Below the pieces are notes generated by a model, which did not search any database, was not told the DNA's origin, and saw only the letters and a list, made by a program, of their open reading frames with translations. Shown here one piece after another: positions 41,112 to 50,300 of a stretch of DNA of 64,000 nucleotides. This stretch comes from an uncultured Elusimicrobia bacterium (GTDB lineage: Bacteria; Elusimicrobiota; Elusimicrobia; 2-01-FULL-59-12). How positions within the stretch are numbered: the first letter of the stretch is position 1; every line of letters starts with the position of its first letter. Both the position numbers and the translations under genes were made by a program. Location of the stretch: positions 1,376,001-1,440,000 of the forward strand of contig OY969767.1 in the NCBI GenBank assembly GCA_963702895.1, given 5' to 3'.

Positions 41112-41355
41112 CATCGCACCCCATAGCCCAAGCCAGTCGCATCGCCTGAACAGCGCTATTCCAGACTATTCCGCAGTCTATTGAAGAATAGTCATGACTA
41201 TTCTTCAGTGTTCCTCGCGGTCAATAAACGGCCCAACCAAAACCATGGGCCCTTTGGCCCGAAATTAATGGCCGTTCGCACCATTTATCCCCTTCTCAAA
41301 ACGCTTTAGAATCAAGTGATGGCTCGAACGCGCGCCCGCGCGGGTTCGAGCGCCT

Positions 41356-44300
41356 ATGCCCAAATCGCTGATCCGCATCGTCGCGCTGATACTCGTCCCG
41401 TGCATGCTCCTGGATCCGAGCTCCGCGTTCGCGGAGCTCGCCCGCCCCGCTGCGTGGCGGGCGCCATTCCCTGCAGGCGTTTCCCTTGCATCCCCACAGG
41501 CGACTCATGCCGCATTACGACTGGACTCTTTTCCGTTCGGTATCCAAGCCCTGGTTCCACCCAGCTGGCTGAGCCGTCCGATATCCTGGATCCAAAGAGC
41601 GAGTGAGCTGGCCCGCCAAGCAAGCAGGAATCGGTTCCAGGTGCGATGGACGTCTCTAGCAGGATCTCCATTCAGTTTCCCTGTTCTGGGTACGGACGAG
41701 CGACCCATTCGCCCGGTTCAATTCAGCGTATCCCAGAATGAGATCGGCGGCGGGCAGGACGGTACGGGCCAGATCGTAACGACACCAAGCGGCTCTCGCT
41801 TCCAGGTGTTCGACACCCCGCAAACCATGGCCGCCGCCCAGGCCGGTGAAATCGCGGAAATCATCCATGCCAATGATGCCGCCGGCCGGATCACCATCCT
41901 GATCCTGCCAACGGGCTCGACGCCAATCCCTGTCTACCACGAACTGGTCCGCCTGTACCAGGCGCGGCAGCTTTCCTTCCGAAACGTTCATACGTTTAAC
42001 ATGGATGAATACTACCCCGGACCGCAGGCTCCCTGCGCTTGGGCTCAGCACCCACAAAGCTACCGCCGATTTATGGATGAGCTCTTATTCTCAAAAGTGG
42101 ACATCCCTCGGGCAAATATTCATTTTCTTAACGGCCAGGCCGCCGACCCGGCAGCAGAGGCCGCTCGCTATGAACAGGAGTTTCGGGATCTCGCTCCAAA
42201 CGGCGCCGACCTGGAGTTGGGTGGTGTGGGAAGCCGGGGGCATGTGGCCTTCAACGAAGCGGTGGTTCACCTAACGGATGACTTTCTCCAGCGCCTCACG
42301 AGCAAGAATCGGGAAGCGCTAGGTCTGTCCAATGATTTCGCCTTAGAAGTAACGGCCGGCCACGAACTTGCTGCTTTGGCGATGATTCTACAAGGTCACT
42401 GGAATTTCCGGGAAGGCGAGACTTTCGTCCGCTGGCTTCGAGCAAGGATCAAGACGACGGGTCGCATCACGGAGGAAAGCCTCCAGAAATTGGCGGAAAG
42501 GCTTCGCCGCCAGCGCGTCACCATTGGCTGGAATCCCGATTCCCCTGATGCCAAGGACATCCAGGATTTCGTCAATCAAGCCAGTGCAAGATTCGGCTTT
42601 CCGATTGAACTGGCCGACCTCAGAAAACTTGATGATTCCCAGACACACCTACGGGAACTGGCTTTATCCACCGTGGTCGACAATTCCGTTCACTTCGCTG
42701 AGCCCGCCGACATTCCCACCCAGGCTCTCACGATGGGCCTGGGAACGCTGAGGCATTCGCAGCGGACCCGCATTCTCGCTTCGACACCCAACAAAATCCC
42801 GCCGCTGGAACAGGTTGCCGCCGGCCCTGTGTCTGAGCAAGTCCCTGTCACCGATGTCCTGCGCCATCCCGACACCCGGTTCCTGGTGACCCAGGCGGCC
42901 ATCCCGCCCACGGTGCGCACTGCCCTTGCAAGAACATCGGGTTTGGTATTGAACTCCCAACCCGAAACTCGAAACCCGAAAGCCGAATCCGGGACCCCTG
43001 CAGCGCGCGACACCAAGCTTTACACTCATCCCATCGCTGTTATGGCTCTCGCCTGGATGGCAAGTTCCCACTTTTATAGCTGGGACCCGGCCGGGACAGG
43101 CCTCCTTCTACTTCTGACAATCGCACCTTTAATGGCTTGGCAAGGAAGGATCTTCCGCGGCAAATCCGGCATGAATACGTTCCGGAGACTCGATGCATTG
43201 CTGAGGCATTTGAGGGGTCTTAGTTATGCTCGCTGTCGTGAACTCTTAGCAACCGGTCTCGACCGGTTCGTGCCGCCGCGCCGGAAACATAGACAGCGGG
43301 AGTTCCCGGCAATCGCCCTCCCCGCCGCCGCGCCAGGAAATCCGTTCCAATTGCGCCCCCCCACCGCCGTAGAGCTGGCGTTCCCCAGTCGGTATGAGAG
43401 CGCCGTTCACGCTAAGTTTGTGGGGAACGACCCCTACGATGATCGAACCAGAGCCATAGTCCAGGCCCACGCCACCGCGGCGTATGTGGACTTGATGAGA
43501 GAAATTTTCAAACGGACAGGCGGGACCTTGCGCGGAGTTTCGTTTCTTGAACTGGGCGCCGGGCTCGGTGCCATAGTGGACGTTCTGCGAACAAGAGCGG
43601 GTGTCGATGCTCAAGGCATCGAGGTCCGCCGGGAGTTTGTTCAATTCGCTAGGGATCATGGGGTGCCGCTTATTCAAGGGACACTGCTGGAAGTGCCCCT
43701 TGAACTGGCGGGAAAAACGTTCCAGATCACCTTTTCCAGGCAACTGCTGGATGCTATAGAGACGACTGATCGGGCCACCGAGGGCCCCATGCCCTCCCAA
43801 GTGACCCATGAAGAAGAACTCCGCGTCTTGGCCACGATCGCGGCGCTGACCGCCCCCGGAGGATGGAGCATCCATCAAACATATAGCTCCAACCCTATTC
43901 CCTTTACTGATGAAGAACTGACGCAGGCCGGGTTTCAGATTGTGTCGATGAACCCAAGGCGAACGATGATGGTGCTTCGCCGGTTGTCCGATCCGCCGCC
44001 TTCGAGCCCGGTACGGAGGCCTGAGGCCGCAGAAGAAACAATTAAACCTGAAGGAAAGAAGGGCCCCAGCCTTTACACTCATCCCATCGCTCTTATGGCT
44101 CTCGCCTGGATGGCAAGTTCCCACTTTTATGGCTGGGACCCGGCCGGGATTTTGCCGCTGCTCCTCTTGCTTGTGCCGCTGATGGCCTGGGGTCCGGGTC
44201 GTTATCGGCAATGGATGACCTCCCTTTCCGGGAGAGGGCCAAGATACAAGGCGAAGCAATGGGAACGGAAATTGGATGAAGATCTGAGGCGCCTGAGAGG

Positions 44301-47300
44301 AAAGGGAAGTAAAGCCGGAACCTTGCCATTTGAACTTTATCCCGGTGCCGATGCAGGGGCTCGGAAGCCTGCATCCCCTCGCCCGGCCCGGCCGGCCACC
44401 CAGCTGCCCGAAGCGGTCCCGGTCTCTGACCCCTCGGTGTCGCTCGACCTCGCCCCGGCTGCCGCGGTTTCCCTGGCACCGGCTGCCGCGACCGCCGTCT
44501 CGCCGCCTAGCCCTATCGCCGATTCGCCGCCTCCATCCACCGATGGCTCGCCGACCCGCCGGCCCGCCGACCCGCCGACTCGCCGCGTCGCCGCATTGGA
44601 CGTCGACCCCGCCGCGCCGGCGACAAGCCCGTTCCGGCCGTGGCGGTGGATCGCCGCCGGCATCGCAGTCGCCGCGGTCGTTGCCGCCCTGCATTTCGGC
44701 CCGACAACGTTCAGACAATTCCGGGACGGGTCTTCAACGCCGCGCCCGTCGTCGTCCGCGAGTCAGGACTACGTCTATGAGCCCGGGCCGGCGTCCGAAA
44801 CCACACACGACCGCGTCCGTACCATGATGGGACCGTACTACGGCATGGATCTTCAGGGACATCGGGCGGAATCCGGAGAACCCCGGGCCGATGCGGGAGC
44901 TCCCTCGCAGCCCCCCGCGCTGAACCCATTGGAGAACATTGCAGACATACAGCTGAGCGGTCATGCCGCGAATGAAATGCTGATGATGGCATTCGCGAAC
45001 ACGATGGAAGACGGCGGCGTTTTATCCCACGCGGGACGAATTGACTTCGTGCCCTCGGATAAACTCACGAAAGAACGCACCAAAGTCACGCTGATTTTGC
45101 CCGCATTGCGCCAGGGCCAGGCGATGCGCATGCCCATTCCCCTCAACCGCCGGGTCGATCCCCTGAGCATCTCGGACCCACGCCTCTGGGTTGACGCCCA
45201 GGGCTGGCTCACGGCCCGGGAGGATACCCCCCCGCTCACCGTGACCTTTGATTGGATCACGACCTTGGAAAACGGCTCCTTCCGGGCGAACTTCCCCGTG
45301 ACACCCTGGATGGAGCGGGAATTCCAAGATATTCCGCCGGAGGTTCGAAGGGACCTTGACCGCGCTCTAGGGCTCGATGAACATGGACGCGCGAGCGTCC
45401 TGGCCGGCGTGGTTGAGAAATACCTCGGCTACAACCAGCAACAGAGAGTTCAACTTCGTCGGGGGACGTGGAATCGTTTCATTGGAGAAGTTCTTGAGAC
45501 GGAAGGGCGGTTTAAGGGCGATTGCGACGTCTTGGCCACCGTCGGTTGGATCTGGGCCAGGTATCTTGGACTTGATGCTGTCATGGCAGCCGGCCGGAAC
45601 AACAGGGGCGGGGGCTCACGGTCCGGAACGAACATGTCCCACGCCGTCATGGTCATCCGGATCGGCGGCAAGTGGCTCGAATTCGACCCTTCCAAATGGG
45701 CGCCGCCCGTCGCCAGTGAAAGTCTTGCGCCTGACCAGCCCTCCGCCGACGGGAAACGGCTGGATGCCGGTCCCATGCCGACACCGCTCAAGCCCTCACC
45801 CCAGTTTGTCGCTACCTTTATCCCGAACCCCGAGCTTTTCCCGCCACCTCGAACGGGACCACCCGCCAGTGCAAAGCCTACCGCGGAGCGACCCGTTCCG
45901 CCCGGCGTGGGTCAGGAATCACCGAAGACCGAACCCGGCGCCAAAGTGGGGCCTGCCGAGAAGCCCGCGAGCGCCAAGAAACCCGCGAGCACCGAAACCC
46001 CCGCCAAGCGGCCCAGCACCTACCGCGTTCAGCCCGGCCAGAGTTTCAACGATATCGCGCGCTTGATATTCACGGATGAGAAATATCCCTACCCGGCGGC
46101 CTTGGATCTGATCGTGGACAACATCAACCACACGATCGGCGGCGACCCCGACCGCCTGATGGCAGGAGTCGACCTCATCGTACGGCCTACGAGCGCGTAT
46201 TCTAGTCCTGTAGCAGGGATGGATTGGGAATGGGGCCTCCATCGAAAATATGGACGGGCCTGGTATGAGCGGCGCCATGCCTTGCTGCAGCAGGCGCTGA
46301 CCCGGGAAAGTCAACGCCCGTCACCCTATACTTCGGAATACCAATCGGAACTGCGGGCGCGCGCGGGCGCCCGGTGGCGCTCGATCGAATTCGACATCCT
46401 TGCCATCAACGACATCCTGAATTGGATCGAACAACGCTTCGGGGTCAGATTCCAACGAGTTGACCTTATGCAGGCGATGGCTCAAACCATGGAGCGCAGT
46501 CAAATCATCTTGAAGCTGACGTCAACCGGCCGTTCAAAATCCGGAACGACCGCCGCCCCGAAGCAGACGGCCGACGGGGAATCGGCGAAACGGAGAAGCG
46601 GTGAACCGGCGGACTTGCCTCTGGGCCATTCCACGAAAACAAGTCCGGACGACCGACTCATCGCTCCGAAGAGCATCACTCCCCTCATGGCAGGCCTGCT
46701 CCAGGCTCCGCTGTGGTGGTGGGGGCTGAGCCACCTGCTGGGCGGGCCGCAGACACCGCTCCTGACCCAGGCCGCCTTCCTGGCCCTTCCGGCCATCCCG
46801 CTCGGCGCCGCCCTGGCCCTGTTCGCGGCGGGGGTCGTGGTGGCGGGGATGGCGGTTTTGGGGAGAAAGGTTCTGAAGCAAACCAGACCCGAGCGCATTG
46901 AAATACAACTGACCCCAATGGACAGACCCTATCAATTGGATCTCGTCAAGTCAGGTGGCAGCCATTCCCGGGGAGATTTGATTCGTCTCGATTTGGAGGA
47001 AATGCGGCTCGAAGCGCACAAGACCGGCGTACCCGGCCGTATGGCTGTTCGTCGAGTCTACCTCGAAGAGCTTGGACACGCTGTTGACGCGCGCCGCTTC
47101 GTCAGAGAAGGGCGGCCTCTTAGCGGCTTTGTAAGACCCAACTCACCTTTACAGACGTATTGGGACCACCACAATCCCAAAGACCCTGAGCATGACATGA
47201 AGGAGCTAGTGGCGGGTCTCAGGCACATCCTGTTTGCGCAAACCCCCTTTGAGGCGGAAAGAGCCCTCATAAAATTATCGCAGGTAGCCAATGATCCGAC

Positions 47301-50300
47301 CGACAGCCACTATTGGGGCGGACGCTTCGCCCTTGAGAGGATTCTCCAACGCATCGACGCAGGGCGAGGCGAGAGGGTGGATGATCTGACAAACTATTTG
47401 CCACGCCTCATCTATGGGTCAGGGGCGTTCCCGGACCTGCCTACGCTGCGTTTACTGGCGAAAGAATTATGTATCGAAAACCTGCGGGACTATCCGCCTG
47501 ACGGAGACGGTCTCCCTGCGCTGAGCGCGGATGGGTCCCGGATCGACGTTCCGGATGAGACCCAACAAGCTTTGGCAACGGTGTGGCGCGCATTCGAGAC
47601 TTACACGGGAAAATCATTGGCCGATGACGCGGTCCCCACGCCGGAACATGTCCGACATTCACAAGCGGCGAGGAGCGGGCTGCCTGGGTTTGACCGAACG
47701 GGCCATTCTATTCATGACCCTGGTCTTGCGCAAGGGAGAAAGATGGTTGGTATGGTCATCGCCGGCCTGCTCCAGGCTCCGCTGTGGTGGTGGGGGCTGA
47801 GCCACCTGCTGGGCGGGCCGCAGACACCGCTCCTGACCCAGGCCGCGTTCCTGACGATGCCGGCCATCCCGCTCGGCGACGCCCTGATCAGCTTCGCCGT
47901 GGGCGCGGCGTGGATCGTGGTGGCGGGGATGGCGGTTTTCGGGTCAGGGGCGCCCGCTCCGGGGCAGGAAGGGGTTTCCGGTCCTGTCTCGCCGGGACCG
48001 TCTTCCAATACCGCGGCCGCCGTCCGGAGGTCCTTCGAAGCGCAGGCTCGAGTACTGGCCGGTATCCCCACCGTGACCGAATTTGAAGCTAATTTCCCAG
48101 GCACGATACGTCGCGTCGATCTTGGACCAGGCTATTCGAATTCGTTACGAGCCGGAGAAGTTCCTAAGATCGATTTCACGCGTCGAATACAGGGAAGAGT
48201 CTACCAGCCACCACCGGCGTCGGAAAACGATTGGCCGAAATGGCTGGACCTGTACGTCGAAAAAGACGCCCAGGCGCTTGTCGTGAGGCTGATGAGAGCG
48301 GGCTTTCGCCCCGATTATTCCAACGCTTACGGAGATGGCCTGAAAGGAGTGTGGTGGACCCGAACCAGCCACCATACTGACACCGTCGGTTCCAACGCAA
48401 CAAATACGTTCTTTACTCCATTGACAGAGGAGGATTATCTCGCGCCGGACCAAGGCGAACATCCGGGCGAGACTCCTAACGACCCAGGAGCGCCTGTTAC
48501 ACCAACAGAACCTCCCTTGAATTGGATCGAAAAGAATGACGCAGCCCTCGAGCAACTGAGTCCCATCGACCGTCAGCTTGTCGATGCCATTCTCCAAGGC
48601 GCCTTACACGGCGATGCTGAACTGCTTGCCCAGTACCCAGAAAAAGTTTATATCGATCCTATTGAAGTTGGACGCTCGGATGAAGGCCGAACAATCTTTC
48701 TCAAGCTTGAAACGAGCATCCTAGTAGAAGGCCGCTACCTCACACACCTGCGATTCAAAGGCGCTCGCCCCCATAAAGGGCGCTACGGGCAGGGGAACCA
48801 AGTCGCCTATCTCGGACGTCGGGGCCATGTCGAGCGGCCTGTAACGGTCGATCAGGAAGGGCGATTGACGGTTTTTGCCGGTCAACTTGACCCCATGGGA
48901 GGTATGCGCCGTATCGGGGCTGCCAACGAATACGCTTTGATGCAAAGCGAAAACAGCCAAGGCGCCTATCGCACGGACGTGCCGATCGGCTGGGGCATCT
49001 TCCCTGGATTTGCATTTGAAAACGAACCTCTGGGCTGGGCGATCGCAGGGATGGAAGGGCCCGACGTTCGAATAAACGGGCGTCGTCAGAATCAGCTGAT
49101 CCTCCGGTCGCGCACGAACGACCCTTATGGGATGATTGAACTGTCTCAGGAACAGTCGCAACACCTCGCCAGGCTCATCGGTGAGAGCATCTGCGCTTAT
49201 CATCAAAAAGGCCGTTATCACCGCTACCCCCATTTTGGAAATATCGGCGTGGCCTACGATACTGTCACCCGTTCCATCCGTTCTGTTGTTCTGCGGGATT
49301 TGGAGACCTCCGTCCGGAAAGACAGCCTGAGCGGATCTCCGAAAGAAATTGAGAACCAAATCATTGCTTGGCGTTTCCGGGATGTGATTCGGTTGATCTA
49401 TCAGTTCTCCTTCAGACCACGGCCCAATGACCCGCTCATCGGCGCCCTCTTGCGCGGATACTTCCCGGAAGGGACTCTAAGAAATGATGATCTTCAGGCC
49501 CTGCTTGTGACCATTTGCCGTCCCAACTTTCTCGATGATTACGCATCCTTATTCTACGACGATGAGACGCAAGATCTCTCGAATTTGATCGACACTCTCG
49601 ACATCCAATCTCATCCTAATTATCAGCATCTTTGGAACGCGATCAGACAATCCATGGCGAGCCAGCCCGCCACTCCTGAAGGGAATGACGGTTCGGCGAC
49701 TCAAGAACATCCGGGTCGCATTGATCCGACGGGCTTGCGCCGCGTGCTCCCGGCAATCGCCCTCCTGGCCGCTCTTCCCTGGACCTACGGCTTCACTTCG
49801 ATCAGCGGCTCTCCCGGATCCGGCGCCGCGATCCCGCTCGGCGCCGCCCTGGCCCTGTTCGCGGCGGGGATCGCGGTCCTGATCTCAGGGAATTCCCCTC
49901 GAAAACGCAAAATACTAACTAAGGCGGCGAGCCATAAGGCAGGAAGGCAAAAGCCGGTGAGTGGCGATGCACCGGGTCCTTCGCGTCACGTTTACCCTGA
50001 CCCCGTCGTCATGGAGAAAAGTCGTTACGATCTTCCAAAGAGTTTGAAGTCCTGGTCTTGGCTCGCTCGCAACAAGGACCAACGTCAATGGCTGCGGGAC
50101 GTATTCCTGCCGAGACTCTTGGCGACTCAAAACCTCCGCGCTCCAGGACAAATCAAGGTCGTAGACCTTGGCGTAAGCACCGGAGAAGTCCTCGCCCGAA
50201 CTTACTATGAGATTTTCCAGCATCTCATAGAAAACACCTTGAAGGGAACATGGAAGGCCAGGATGGTAGGTGTTGATAGGGATGCGACCGTGCTGGCGGA

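Noticed and set aside
43246..44718. 490-aa minus-strand ORF and other long antisense ORFs
   Set aside because: They are shadow frames of GC-rich genes, are Arg/Gly/Pro-rich and have no recognisable motifs.
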